From Candidatus Latescibacterota bacterium (GTDB taxonomy: Bacteria > Latescibacterota > UBA2968 > UBA8231): a DNA stretch of 64,000 nucleotides. Numbering within the stretch: the first letter of the stretch is position 1; each line of letters begins with the position of its first letter. The stretch covers positions 2,496,001-2,560,000 of the forward strand of contig OZ242318.1 in NCBI GenBank assembly GCA_965208105.1. The letters are read 5' to 3'. Both the position numbers and the translations under genes were made by a program. The notes under the pieces were generated by a model. That model did not search any database. It had not been told where the DNA came from and worked only from the letters and a program-made list of their open reading frames with translations. Shown in pieces: positions 10,040 to 21,582 of the stretch.

Positions 10040-11550
10040 CCCCTTGCCTACGTCTGGCTAACGTGTGTATACCGAAATGAAGCGCAGGTTAATAGTCTAT
10101 ACCCCTCACTCCTTATCAAAGCGAGGGTGCGAAACCCAATAGACTTTTTCATCCCTGGCGCACCTTTGCACCGGCGACCAATGGGCCCCTTGTATGCCGC
10201 CATTGAAACGGCAGACTCTTACACTTCGTCGGGTCGCCGCCGGCTACACTGTTCCTGGCGAACGCTTGATCTTCCCGTGACTTTACTCGGCGTTGCGGCT
10301 AGAAAACTCCGCCATCTCCTGGAACGAACCCTTGAGCTGCGGATACAGAGAACGATACATCTCGAAGGCGCGTTCATACACCTTGTGAGATTGAGGGTTC
10401 GGATCTGTTGAACCGGTAACGACGATCGTGGCTGCCGCAGCCTCGGCTGCATTCCTGAACACCCCGGCGCCGATCCCTGCCAGCATCGCCGCTCCAAAGG
10501 CGGCCCCCTGCGTCGCATTGGTCGTGACGATCTGCGCATCGAAAACGTCCGCCAGCATCTGCCGCCACAGCCGGCTCTCCGAAGCGCCGCCCGATGCGTA
10601 GATGCGCTGAATCTCCATGCCGAGGCTACGGATGATCTGCAGGAGATCGTACAGACCGAAGGTGATGCCTTCCATTACAGCCCGGACCAGATGCGAAAGC
10701 GAATGCCGCTGCGTCAATCCAATCCAGCCTCCGCGGGCAAGAGGATCGTCGTACGGCATCCGTTCGCCACTCAAATAGGGCAGAAAAATCAGCCCGTCGC
10801 TGCCTGGAGATACATGGTCGGCAAGCCCGGTCAGCTGATCGAAGCTGATCTGCCCGTGCGCGCTCAAGGTGTCCCTGAGCCACTGGAACGAGCCGCCGGC
10901 CGAGAGCATGACACCCATCACGTACCATTGATGACGCACACTGTGGCAGAACGCATGCAGCAGCCCGTCGGGGTGGCGGATATGCCGATCGGCCTGGGCG
11001 AATACGACGCCGGATGTTCCGACGGTTACCGAACAGAGCCCGGGTTCGACGATCCCGCAGCCCAACGACTGAGCAGGTTGGTCGCCCGCCCCGCCTACCA
11101 CCGGCGTCCCCTGCAATAGCCCGGTCGCGGCCGCCGCCTCAGAGCTCACCTCGCCAACTACCTCATCGGATTCCACGCAGCGCGGCAGCCACTCTCTTGG
11201 CATGTCCAGCGCACTGACCATAACATCGGACCAGGCGCGCCGCTCCATATTGAGAAGACAGGTTCCGGATGCGTCGGAAACCTCGGTCGCGACGTTGCCG
11301 GTCAGCATATAGGTGATGTAATCTTTGGGCAGCAGAACATGCCGAACTTGGGCGTAGACCTCGGGCTCGTGGCGCCGCACCCACTCCAGCTTTGGCGCCA
11401 CAAAGGAAGCAAACAACGGATTGCTGGTCTCGGCGAGAATCGTCTCCAGGCCGATCTGCGCGGTCAGGTCTTCGGCCTCGTCGACACTGCGCTGATCGTT
11501 CCACATGATACAGGGGCGGAGGATGTTCCCGTCGCGGTCGAGCAGCACTA

Positions 11551-12706
11551 GTGCTCTGTTAAGGATTCAGGCTTGTACTTTTTCGTACATGTTGGTATCA
11601 TGGGGACCTATGTCCATTTTTCTGGGAGGGTCCTGCCATGTGCCTCCATGCTCGAACACCGGATGCTGCCGAATCGAAAGAACTGGGCCGATGGCTGAAG
11701 CGGCCACGCAATGCCGTACAGATGCGACGAGGGCAATTGATCTCCCTCAGTGCCCAGGGTATGCGGGTCCAGGAGCTGTCGGCGACGCTGCATCTGCACG
11801 AGGAATACATCCGCTCCCTGGTCCGACGATACAACGAGGAAGGGCTGGCGTCGCTTCGCACGCGAGCCCACCCGGGGCGCACCCCAGCGCTGACGCCCGA
11901 AGACGAGTCCGTGGTGGTGGAGATCGCCAAGATGCCCCCTCGGGCTTTCGGCCAACCCTTCAACCAGTGGTCGCTGCGCAAGCTGACCGACTGTCTGGTC
12001 GGGCGCAAGATGATCCCCAAGGTCTCGCACGTGACCATCGCCAAGGTCTTGGACCGGCATAAGGTCACCTACCAACGTACCCGCACCTGGAAGGAGTCGA
12101 AGGATCCGGATTTCTCCTCGAAAAAAAACGCATCGACCGCCTCTACCGGCGTGCGCCGAAGGACTCGGTCGTAGTCTGCTTCGACGAAATGGGGCCCGTG
12201 CAGATCAAGCCCCATGCCGGCTCCTCCTGGGCGCCGCAGAAGCACCCGGTGCGGCACCGAGCCACCTACACCCGGCACGCCGGGGTCAGCTATTTCTTCG
12301 GCGCCTACAACGTCCACGAGGACGTCCTGTGGATGCATCACAAGCGAAAGAAGCACGCCTCGGAGGTGCTCACTTTCCTCAAGGCCATCCGGCACCGCTA
12401 CCGCAAGGCCCAACGCATCTACCTCGTTCTGGACAATTTGTCGACGCACGCGACCCCAAAGATTCGGCAATGGTGTCGGCAGCATCGAGTCTCCCTCGTC
12501 TTCACCGCTACCAACGCCTCCTGGATGAACCGTCTCGAATGCCATCTGACCGCCGCCCACTACTTCGTCATCAAGAACAGCGACCCAAGGGACCATCGAG
12601 ACATCGGCCAGCGCATGCAGGAATACCTCGTATGGAGAAATCGAAACCAGGACGATGCCAAGCTCGCCAAAATACAAAATTCAATGCCCACTCTTTAACA
12701 GCGCAC
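11551..12706 (+). mobile_element. IS630-family insertion sequence (1156 bp)
   Basis: TIR GTGCTCTGTTAA/TTAACAGCGCAC; TA duplication at 11549-50 and 12707-08. Confidence 0.95.
11638..12698 (+). CDS. IS630 transposase, two ORFs joined by a probable programmed -1 frameshift
   Basis: HTH ORF plus DDE ORF (FDEMGP, LDNLSTH, ASWMNRLE); A8C tract at 12121-12129 gives KKRIDRLY...VVCFDE in the -1 frame. Confidence 0.9.
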
Positions 12707-13319
12707 TAGACCGACCATCTGACCGGACACCCCGACGCCTTTGATCTGGCTGTTTTTCGTTCCCGACGCGTCCAGCGCCCTCTTCACCCCGGCACAGCCT
12801 GCGTCCCACCAGTCGGCCGGTTGCTGCTCGGACCATAGCGGGCCCGGAGTGCTGGTTTCGTATTCCTCGGTCACATTCGCCGATATGGAGCCGTTCTCCT
12901 CCAGCAGGATGACTTTTGCCCCCGTCGTACCAATGTCGATTCCCAGTAGACTCAATCTTTTCCCCCCTCTGTCGATCTCAGGCCCCCGGATTCTCGCACT
13001 TCCAGCGTCAGGCCGCCGTATGACGCAGCGCGCCCTTTCCAGCCTATCTTGATTCTACACCTTCCCACCCATCAGAATCGCCACCGCCTGCGGGACGGCC
13101 TCGAGAACGGCGGCAGAATTGCGTTTTCCCGGATCCAGAAGTCCGACTCGGGCGCCGCCCAAGCTGGTCAAGCGGATTGCGGGTTCGGTTCCTGACATAG
13201 CACCGCTCCTTACGTTGGGAGTGTTCGGGTCGCGCTTCGCGACAAATATGGTGAATGATGCAGCGATAGCAAATCCAAATCAATATCGCCTTTTCCACCT
13301 CCAGCTATCGCCGCCGGAG

Positions 13320-13411
13320 CGGCATTGATCATCTCATCAGCTGACCAGGTCAGGCGATGTGAGCCTGGAATCACACACGTGCCACCATCGGCAGGACCGA
13401 CGTCGGTCAAA
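13320..13411 (-). pseudogene. Internal PhyH dioxygenase fragment
   Basis: ALTDVGPADGGTCVIPGSHRL joined to the transposase N-terminal piece. Confidence 0.6.
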
Positions 13412-13593
13412 GCGGCAGTTGGTGCTCGAAGGTTCGGGCTTGCTGGAGAAAGGTTTCCAGATGCCCGGCGAGGATCTGGTAGAGGGGCTCCTTTTCCGGT
13501 TGGCGGCGGCGGTACGCGGGGGTGCGGATAAGTGCTGTGGCCGGCATGGTATCGGTCCAACAGCAATGGCCGGACCACCCGTGCTCGCGTCCG
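13412..13593 (-). mobile_element. 5' end of the ISCR-like element with transposase N-terminus
   Basis: ATG at 13547, MPATALIRTPAYRRRQPEKEPLYQILAGHLETFLQQ, typical of IS91-like transposase N-termini; upstream 19-mer recurs at 44570-44588. Confidence 0.75.
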
Positions 13594-13784
13594 TTGTATT
13601 CCGGCACCACATATCGTTCAAGGTTGGCAATGTCGACCGCAGCGCAGGCGAGCTCAGGGGAGCGGGCGTGGACATTGCCGTCGAGCCCTTCGACGCGGAG
13701 GGGACCGATATCCGCCTGAGCTTCTTCAACGGCCCGAATGACGTACTCCTACAGCTCTTTCAACGTGAGTCCGATCCCGCCTGA
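13594..13784 (+). pseudogene. VOC/glyoxalase family 3' fragment
   Basis: HHISFKVGNVD...FFNGPNDVLLQL*; no N-terminal half. Confidence 0.65.
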
Positions 13785-13825
13785 AGGGACCTCTTCTTAC
13801 TCCAAAGTCGGCAAAAACGAATAAA

Positions 13826-13857
13826 AGAAACCGTACGCCCGGCGGCGTACGGTTTCT
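13826..13857 (-). terminator. Intrinsic terminator downstream of the serpin
   Basis: 14-bp stem AGAAACCGTACGCC/GGCGTACGGTTTCT followed by a T-rich tract on minus. Confidence 0.7.
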
Positions 13858-13892
13858 CACTGGCGTCTCCGCATTGGCCAAGGACGCAGTGA

Positions 13893-15221
13893 TTATTTCC
13901 GCGGATCCATCACGCGTCCGACAAACAGGATCGCATCCGTGGCATTGTCCCTTATGAGGAAGATGAACGGCCGGTCGGCCGTGAAGGCCGGCGGCAACGA
14001 GGTGACACCGATCGTCCCGCCCGTGGCCGCGCCTGCCTCGGTACCCCGTTCGTCCAGCTTTACAAACGCCTTGTGAACGACCGCCGAAAGGTAGAGGCCC
14101 TTCCCATCGGCCATCCCGGAAAAGTCCGCTGATTCGGAGTCGAAGGCGTTGGTCATCCCCATACCGTCGAGCGTATCGGCCAACCTGAATTCAGACGTGA
14201 ACTCGAAGGACGGTACGGAAAGCCTGAGGCGGATGGGTCTCATTCGCTTCGAAATCTCACTGACGAGATCCGCGCTCAACGCGTCTTCGAACTGGTCGTA
14301 TTTGCCCTTAGCCGGGAGGAGGATGATCAGCGACGCCTCCTCGCCGGCGTAAAGTAATTCCACGGCCTGGATCTGGTGCGTTTCGTGCAGCGCGTAGTTG
14401 AAGGTCTCCGTCTGGCGCATCATCGGTACGTCGACCCGATTGCCGCCTGGCAATTGGAATGGTTCACTCGACGTCCGTCTCTCGTCGAAAGGGAGGTGCC
14501 AGGCCGAATTGAAATAAATGGCATTTGTCAGTACCAGCCTCGTCAGGTGGTCGATGACGCCCTGTGGAATCAGGTCCTGGATTGTTTCCTCGGTCCTTTC
14601 CGCGACCCAGTCGTTGATGGCCGTACGCGACGCCTCCGGATTCTCCACGAATTCCACCGCACGCATGCCGGCGCCGTAGTTTTCGGCCAGTGTGTCGAGA
14701 AAGCGCGGCAGAAACGCGTACCCCTTCTGTCCCCATATGGAATTCGCGATGTTCAACCGGAATTCGCCACGCTCCTGGCTTCCGCTGTTTTCGCCGCGGG
14801 ATGAAAGCGCGAGGTCAAGGACGTTGAAGGCGGGGTGCAGCTGATCCGGAGGAAGCTGAAAACGAAGGACCTCCTCCATCTGCCGCGCCGTCTCGCCTCT
14901 CGCACCGGCGTACATCATGGCCAGCGCCACGGAGATGCTGTGCGGCGAATAGAACAGGTTCCCTTCCCGCTCTCGCAGTGTGCCGTATAGGTCCAGCGCG
15001 AACGCGCTGTTTCCCCGCACGAGATCGTCCAGCTTCACGTCCGACGCGGACAGAGAGGTCTTTCGCGCCTTTTCAGACCGCAGCACTTCGGTCGACTGGC
15101 CTTCCCTTTCATCCTCCGTCTCGTCAACTGGCGACTTCCCTCCGCATCCCGGTTGGGCGGTGATCACTGCGACAGCAAGTACAGGTACAAGCATCGATTG
15201 AAACAACACAGAAGATCTCAT
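13893..15221 (-). CDS. Serpin (serine protease inhibitor), probable lipoprotein
   Basis: NLFYSPHSI, LVLTNAIYF, DERGTEAGAAT hinge, FTADRPFIFLI; signal peptide followed by Cys. Confidence 0.92.
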   Translation of the reverse strand: MRSSVLFQSMLVPVLAVAVITAQPGCGGKSPVDETEDEREGQSTEVLRSEKARKTSLSASDVKLDDLVRGNSAFALDLYGTLREREGNLFYSPHSISVALAMMYAGARGETARQMEEVLRFQLPPDQLHPAFNVLDLALSSRGENSGSQERGEFRLNIANSIWGQKGYAFLPRFLDTLAENYGAGMRAVEFVENPEASRTAINDWVAERTEETIQDLIPQGVIDHLTRLVLTNAIYFNSAWHLPFDERRTSSEPFQLPGGNRVDVPMMRQTETFNYALHETHQIQAVELLYAGEEASLIILLPAKGKYDQFEDALSADLVSEISKRMRPIRLRLSVPSFEFTSEFRLADTLDGMGMTNAFDSESADFSGMADGKGLYLSAVVHKAFVKLDERGTEAGAATGGTIGVTSLPPAFTADRPFIFLIRDNATDAILFVGRVMDPRK

Positions 15222-15453
15222 GCGAGTTGGCCCTCTCTTCGATCTGTCTGTTTCGGGCTGAGAGATGATGGGAGGGATCGTCTTAGCGGACGGGGATCCA
15301 GGTGCCTCAATGGGTCGCTGATGGATTCTTGTGCAATCCTTATCCCGAACACAACTACGGGTCATTGGTATTGGACGCCTGGCGCGGCGGAGAGTTGCCG
15401 ATTGTGGTGCGAGACGGGGGCTTCATCCGTCGAGATCAACTGTCGTAGCACGA

Positions 15454-15851
15454 AAGTATAGGTAAAACGAGGCACCTTTTTGGCCCTCTTGTCAATGCGC
15501 CGAACACACCCAAGGGGCAGGGTAAGCTTGCTGATGATCGTTTGCAGGTCGTTGGGCAGGGCTCGCAGTACGGTTTGGTTGTCTGTGGGCCCGTATCGGG
15601 TCCAATCCGGTACTCGATGAGGCCCTTCAGGACGCACTCCTCCCTACGGCTCTCGGCGCAGGGAGCGAATCGCGGATGAGATCAGGCGGCGAACTCGAAC
15701 TGCGGCTGCGGCGGGGCCCTCGGCGGAGGCACCGCCGGCAGCCCTACCCCCTCCAGATAGGTCCGGATCGGTCAGGGCGGGGGGACCAGAGCCGCCAGCT
15801 TCTCCAGCAGTTCCATCGGAGAGAGCAGGAGATGGCGGGTCCCATCCGACC
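15454..15851 (-). mobile_element. ISCR-like copy 3 (intact ori; two internal deletions)
   Basis: Repeat, transposase C-terminus and SDGTRHLLLSPMELLEKLAALVPPP. Confidence 0.9.
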
Positions 15852-15944
15852 GACAATCAAAACCGGAAGGAAAGCAACGACCAGGGCTCCCGCCACCGAA
15901 TTCCGGAGAAACCGGTAGTCGCGGCTTCCGAACAGAATCCCGTC

Positions 15945-17063
15945 CTAGACAAAGGTGAGTGCGTTGAAGGGCGCCGTTACGATAATGATCCACCAGTACT
16001 GATCGATGATCGTCGTCAGCGAGGTGTCGTTGGTGAAGATCATCTGGATTGGGCGCGCGCCTGCGTAGAATAGAAGAGAAAACGCCGCTCCTGTGACAAA
16101 ACCGATCAGCAGTAGACGTTTGCCAAGCGTTTGCCATTTGTCTGGACGGCCTGCGCCAAGAAATTTGCCGCCAAGCGACGTTGCTGTCACGGCAATTCCA
16201 TCCACGAAGAACGAGGTGAACACCCACACCTGAAGGCCGATCTGGTGCGCCGCGACGACGTCGGATCCAAGTCGCGTCGCAATGGACGTGGCGATGAAGT
16301 ACGACCCGGTCAAACATCCGGTGCGAACGAACATGTGTAACGCTTCAACGCCGAAACTCAAGATTTCGGCGAATTCGAATCGCACCTTCTCGAGCACGGC
16401 GGAAGTGGCGTTGTTCTTCACCAGCCAGCCAAGCCCCAGCAACGTCGCGAGTGCAAACGACCCCGTAGTACCAACGGTGGCGCCGATGAGCCCCGTATTC
16501 ATGATGTAGAGGGCGAACCAGGTGGTGAAGATGTTGCTCACCGTTAGCACGGCAATGAGCGCAAACGAGAAGGGGATGCGCTGCAAGCCTCGAAGGATGC
16601 CGAGCAGAGCCGTGGTTATCATCACGAATGGCACCCCCAAACAACGCACCGAGTAGTACGGGTACGCCAATGCGACCAGTTCGTCAGAGGCTCCCATTAC
16701 GTGGACAAAAAGCGGCGCCCGGATCGCGTACAGGAGTGCGCCGACCAGGACACCGAGGACCAGTGCCGTCGAGAGCGCTAGACGAATCTGCATCCCAAGT
16801 AGCTTGCGGTCCCCCGCGCCGACGGCCTGCGCGACCCGGGCGTTGACGGTGTAGACCAGAAAGTTGAATGCCCAGGAGAACGTCGTGAGCACACTGACCG
16901 AGACCGCCAACCCGGCAAGCCACATGGTGTCTTTGCGACCGACCAGTGCCGTGTCCACCATGGCCGCGACAGGTTCCAGCGCGACCGATAGGATCGCGGG
17001 CAGTGAAATTCTTATGAGATGGGAATAGCTGAGCTCAGACGGTGAGGAGCAAGTAGCGGTCAT
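15945..17063 (-). pseudogene. MATE (DinF-like) efflux transporter, 3'-truncated
   Basis: VDTALVGR, AAHQI motifs; stops at about 372 aa before the final TM helices, close to copy 3. Confidence 0.7.
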
Positions 17064-17124
17064 TCGAGCCCATCGATGTGTCGCTGATTGTCTCTTGGAC
17101 CGAATGGACGTGGGGGCTGTGCCG

Positions 17125-18240
17125 TCAAGTTGAAAGCTGCCGAATACATTCGCACAACAGGGGAATTCCTTCGCGAATGTCCTGCAGCGATGGCAAGCCG
17201 AAGGCAAGTCGAAGGCTCGGAATGTCTTCGTTGCGCACGTGGAACCTGGCACCGGAGGCGTAGCGCACATGGCGAGCGGCCGTCATTTCTGCCAGCCGCC
17301 GCCGATCGACCGAGTCGGGAAAGCTCAGCCAGATGAACAGGCCGCCCACCGGTCGCGACCACGTACAGCTGTCCCCAACACCCCGCTCGAGCTCGCCGAA
17401 GACGGCGTCGCGCTTCTCCCTCAGCGCGGCGTTGGTTCGCGCGCAGTGCTCCCACAGGTTGTCGCGGAAGAACCGGGCCAGGATCGACGCTGCCAGCAGA
17501 CTGTTGCCGCCGTCGTAGCGCCGGTCGAGAATCCGCGTCATCATCGGTGGCCGCGCCATGAAGTAGCCCATGCGGACACCGGGACCGAGGATCTTCGACA
17601 GCGAGCAGATGTAGACCTGGTTCGGGCTGTCGTCCAGGGCGTAGAACGCGGGCTCTTTTTCCCCTTCGAAATGCACGTCGCCGTAGCAGTTGTCCTCGAC
17701 GACGATGCAGTCGAACTGGCGTGCTACCTCGATGAGCTCGAGTCGACGCGCTCGCGGCATGACCGATCCCGTCGGATTCTGGTAGCTTGCCAGGGTATAA
17801 ATGAAGCGCGGCGGCGAGCCCTGATCGTGCAATCGCTGCAATGTCGTCTGCAGCTCATCGACCCGCATGCCGTGCTCGTCCAGTGGCACACCGACCATCT
17901 CGATGCCCAGTCTGCGGTACGCCCCTATCGTCCCGCTGTAGGTCAGCTCTTCGGTGACGACCACGTCGTCCTTGCCCTTCATCAATGCTTCCGCGATCAG
18001 GGTCACCGCCTGCATGGACCCGTTGGTGAGCGCAACCTGCTCCGGAGAGACATCGATTCCCTCGCGGTCCGACTCGCGTTGCGCCATGACTTCGCGCAAC
18101 CCGAGGTGCCCGAGTTCGCCAGGGTAGCGCACGAAGGCCTCTCCGACATCCGGAATCGCCGCTGCCGCGGCTATGGCCAATGCCTCGGCCGGAAAGGTCT
18201 CTGGATTGGTGCAGCCACTGGCGAATTCGAACTCGCTCAT
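17125..18240 (-). CDS. PLP-dependent class I aminotransferase (MocR-like, no HTH)
   Basis: YQNPTG, EDNCY, SLSKILGPGVRMG. Confidence 0.85.
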   Translation of the reverse strand: MSEFEFASGCTNPETFPAEALAIAAAAAIPDVGEAFVRYPGELGHLGLREVMAQRESDREGIDVSPEQVALTNGSMQAVTLIAEALMKGKDDVVVTEELTYSGTIGAYRRLGIEMVGVPLDEHGMRVDELQTTLQRLHDQGSPPRFIYTLASYQNPTGSVMPRARRLELIEVARQFDCIVVEDNCYGDVHFEGEKEPAFYALDDSPNQVYICSLSKILGPGVRMGYFMARPPMMTRILDRRYDGGNSLLAASILARFFRDNLWEHCARTNAALREKRDAVFGELERGVGDSCTWSRPVGGLFIWLSFPDSVDRRRLAEMTAARHVRYASGARFHVRNEDIPSLRLAFGLPSLQDIREGIPLLCECIRQLST

Positions 18241-18470
18241 GTCAGTGCTCTTCTTCGTTGATGTGATCGCAGATACAGGCTGCCGTTCCTGTAATAGCCG
18301 TGGTCCGTCGCGAACGAACAGTTTAAAAACTGGCGCCGAATTGGACAATACTCAAGATGGGTTGCCGGTAGCGTCGAGGCGTCGGATTCGAGTCGAGGCT
18401 TGACAAAGGCCAAGCGCGCGTCCCAATATTGACCACCGCCCAATCAAAGCCAAACAAGATGGAAAGCCAA

Positions 18471-20051
18471 ATGAGCGCAAAACCGTTTCAGATTCCGATC
18501 CGTCAACGCCAACTCTTCCTAGACGATCACGGAGTCGCCGAGATTCGAGATCTCCAGCGCACCATGCACCAGCCCCAAAAGAGAGGTGCGGTGATCGAAC
18601 CGCAGGATGGCGAGAAGAATGTGCAGATCCGCTGCGCGCCGGCCTGGGATCCCGAAACGCGCAGCTACAAGCTCTGGATTACCTGCGAAGGGGGCATGGG
18701 GCTAGCGGAAAGCGCCGACGGCCTCCACTGGGAGCGTCCCGTGCTGCGGGTGCGTGAGCACAAGGGTTCAGTGGAAAACTGCCTGGTGGCAGGACCGTGC
18801 GGCGAACAGGTAGTGTTTGACCCGCAGGAAGCGGATCCGTCGCGGCGCTACAAGAGCCTCAAGCTGCGGGGAGCGTCGGAACGGGTGGTGAGCCCCGTCG
18901 CCGACCACTGGAAGATCCGCCACAACCCATGGCGCCTGGCGTACCCCCGCGGCCACGTGCTGAACAATCCGCGCCAGTACCAGCTCAGCTGGGTCATCCA
19001 GGTCAGCGAGCGTCAAGGCGCGCCAGCCGGGGAGCGATTCGAAGGCATGGGTCGTTTCCAGACGCAGGACCTGGTGGTCAGCGCTGACGGCATCCACTGG
19101 CGCAAGCTGGACAGGCCCGGATTACCTACCGGCGATGAGGCCAATCTCAGCATCGACGATGAGGCGGGGATCTACATCGCCACGCTCAAGGAAGGGGAGA
19201 TGGGTCCGTACGGACGCTCGATTTCGCTGGCGACAAGCAAGGACTTCGAGCACTGGAGCGATCCGGGGCTGGTATTCCACGCCGACGAAAAGGACCAGGA
19301 GTTGAACCGCGAGGTGATCGCGGCGCGGTACGACAACCCCTCGCTAACGCACCCCAAATACAACGTCCCGGACGAGTATTTCGTCGACGTTTACAACATG
19401 GGGGTCTTCAGGTACGAGGGATTGTATATCGGCCTCCCAGCTTTCTTCCACCACACCGGGGACCGGAATGAAAACTCGGATGGTTTCCACCGGGTGCAAC
19501 TGACCTGCAGCCGCGACCTGCGTGCCTGGACCCGGTTGGGTGGGCGGGAGCCGTTCATCGGACCGTCCACGATCGAATCCGGGGCATTTGACCTGAACGG
19601 GATCATGCCGCCATCGAACGCAATTTTCAGAGGGGACGAGCTCTGGTTCTATTACAACGGCTCGAGGTACCGCACGACTCCTGCCGATGCCGACCCCAGA
19701 CATAGCGCCGCCTGTCTGGCTGTACTGCGAAGAGACGGATTCATCTCACTAGATGGCGGGGCGGGCGGAGGTTCGGCGTTGACCAAGTCATTCCTATTGC
19801 CGACTCCGTGGTTGTTCATCAATGTCGATGCGACGGGGGGCTCGGTCGAGGTGGCGATATTGGACGAGTTGGGCAGTGTTGTTGCAGAGTCGGAGGCGGT
19901 CAGGGGGGATCACCCACGTTACCCGGTGCAATGGAACCGCGGCGACCCGGCCGCATCGGTCAATCGTCCGGTGCAACTGCGCTTCAACGCGAGCGGGTCT
20001 TCGATCTACTCCTACTGGTTCGACGAGGTGCCAGCGCCGGCGCCCCACTGA
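18471..20051 (+). CDS. Glycoside hydrolase-like beta-propeller protein
   Basis: RQLFLDD, ESADGLHWERP, LRRDGFISL. Confidence 0.7.
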   Translation: MSAKPFQIPIRQRQLFLDDHGVAEIRDLQRTMHQPQKRGAVIEPQDGEKNVQIRCAPAWDPETRSYKLWITCEGGMGLAESADGLHWERPVLRVREHKGSVENCLVAGPCGEQVVFDPQEADPSRRYKSLKLRGASERVVSPVADHWKIRHNPWRLAYPRGHVLNNPRQYQLSWVIQVSERQGAPAGERFEGMGRFQTQDLVVSADGIHWRKLDRPGLPTGDEANLSIDDEAGIYIATLKEGEMGPYGRSISLATSKDFEHWSDPGLVFHADEKDQELNREVIAARYDNPSLTHPKYNVPDEYFVDVYNMGVFRYEGLYIGLPAFFHHTGDRNENSDGFHRVQLTCSRDLRAWTRLGGREPFIGPSTIESGAFDLNGIMPPSNAIFRGDELWFYYNGSRYRTTPADADPRHSAACLAVLRRDGFISLDGGAGGGSALTKSFLLPTPWLFINVDATGGSVEVAILDELGSVVAESEAVRGDHPRYPVQWNRGDPAASVNRPVQLRFNASGSSIYSYWFDEVPAPAPH

Positions 20052-20169
20052 ACGCGCAGCCCCTGACGCCGGAATCACCTTGTCAGTCGGGAAAGCCCCG
20101 GCGCCCCGGTCGGCCGTGGCAGCGGTCGGCGGCTGTCCAGGTCGACGGATTGCTCGCGCGTTAGCGCGA

Positions 20170-20676
20170 TCAGCGCCGGTCAGGTCTGATGTACTGGAGC
20201 GGGTTCAGAGACCGCTTGCCCTGGGTAATCATGTAGTGCAATCCGGGGGCCCTGGTATTTCCGGATTTTCCGATCTTGCCGATGACATCGCCAAGATCGA
20301 CACGCTGTCCCCTCCTGACGGTGGAAACATCCAGGTGTCCGTAGGAGGTCTTCACATTGGCGCCGTGGTTGATGACCACGTAGTTCCCAAGACTATTGTT
20401 GGTCCCGACCCTCTCGACGACCCCGGGGCCGGTCGCGAGAACCTCGGTGCCCGGCGGGCCATTGAAGTGGGCGCCATGGGGCGAGCCGCAAATCGCCTTT
20501 TCTCTGGGCGTCGGACCCTTCAGTTTGCATCCGACGCCACCGTCGCCAACCGGCTTCGAGGCGACCGAGCATCCGGAATTCTTACGAACCGGCGAGCCGT
20601 TCGGCACGCCGCCGTTATAGGCAGCATGCGCGGCTTGCAAGAGGGCAAAAATGCTCAGAAACGAAATAAGTCGCAT
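20170..20676 (-). CDS. M23 family metallopeptidase-like secreted protein
   Basis: GTEVLATGPG, GNYVVINH, YGHL, IGKSG; metal ligands look partly degenerate. Confidence 0.65.
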   Translation of the reverse strand: MRLISFLSIFALLQAAHAAYNGGVPNGSPVRKNSGCSVASKPVGDGGVGCKLKGPTPREKAICGSPHGAHFNGPPGTEVLATGPGVVERVGTNNSLGNYVVINHGANVKTSYGHLDVSTVRRGQRVDLGDVIGKIGKSGNTRAPGLHYMITQGKRSLNPLQYIRPDRR

Positions 20677-21050
20677 TGGGCACCTTCCTAAGTTTCGTTC
20701 CTAAGATTTAGATATTGTGTGCGCAAGAAGCAAGTGAATCTTTTGAACTCGATTCGTACAGCTCAACTCGTTCTTGCGACTCTTCATATGAAATCTCTAG
20801 TGATGGATCGATTAATCTCCGTACACCGATTGCTTCAAGGGCTCCTTCTATTGTTTCCTTCAATCGAGACCCCCCGTTGTAGGAAGCCTTTTCCTAGGCA
20901 CAGGTTATGGTATTCGTCAAGCCCTTCCGGATATCGTCGTATTTCTTCCGTATTGGTAGTTGAGCAGCATAGAAGTGTATCTCGCCAATGCGTCTTGCGC
21001 TTTTCCAGGTTGCTTAACGATCAGTCCGTGCGGACGGCTGGAGTCCATGA

Positions 21051-21392
21051 TCAAGCTTCATGCTCCAGGGCAGCGAGGCGCCTATCGATCTGCTTCGCTT
21101 TCAGGAAGAAAAGGGAAGGGTTGCGAGACTCCTTGGATAGCTCAATCCCGTTTTCGCGTTCCAAGATCTCGATCTCCCTAACAAGCCCATCGATTATCCT
21201 TCCCGAAGAAAATGCACTGACGCTCAGCCTGCGAAGACTCCGCACCCGCTCTTTGGCATTTCCCGAGGCAATCTGCTCTAATCTGGAAGCCAGTCCCTTC
21301 AACTTTTCTCTTCTTCGATCCAGATCCCACATGAAGTACACGATGAGTGAGAGAGCGGCAAGAAAACCTAAAGCAGCTGTCATGGTTTGCAT
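21051..21392 (-). CDS. Small membrane-anchored coiled-coil hypothetical protein
   Basis: N-terminal TM helix, AAGGG RBS; lower-GC segment. Confidence 0.45.
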   Translation of the reverse strand: MQTMTAALGFLAALSLIVYFMWDLDRRREKLKGLASRLEQIASGNAKERVRSLRRLSVSAFSSGRIIDGLVREIEILERENGIELSKESRNPSLFFLKAKQIDRRLAALEHEA

Positions 21393-21582
21393 TCCCCTTA
21401 AGTCTTATCAATGAAATAAACCCCTGATCATTGCAGGGGGAAAGACAAAACTGCAGGGGAGTAAACCCTCTTCAACAAAAAAAATTGGGAGCGGAATCAA
21501 CAGACCAATGCGCATTGTCATTTCAACGCATCAATCGCACAGAAGCGCATAGAGAATGCGTGCCCGAAACAATCGCTGCCGC

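Larger units (their letters stand above)
10283..12955 (-). pseudogene. xylB: Xylulokinase disrupted by IS630
   Basis: N-part LLGIDIGTTGAK...SGQMVGL (12707-12955) and C-part VLLD...WNDQRS...YLSGER (10283-11548) rejoin in frame once the IS and one TA are removed. Confidence 0.9.

Noticed and set aside
10045-10150. GTTAGCC just upstream of the GNAT start and a 7-bp IR, as a possible attC or IS end
   Set aside because: No matching left core or extended palindrome could be found.
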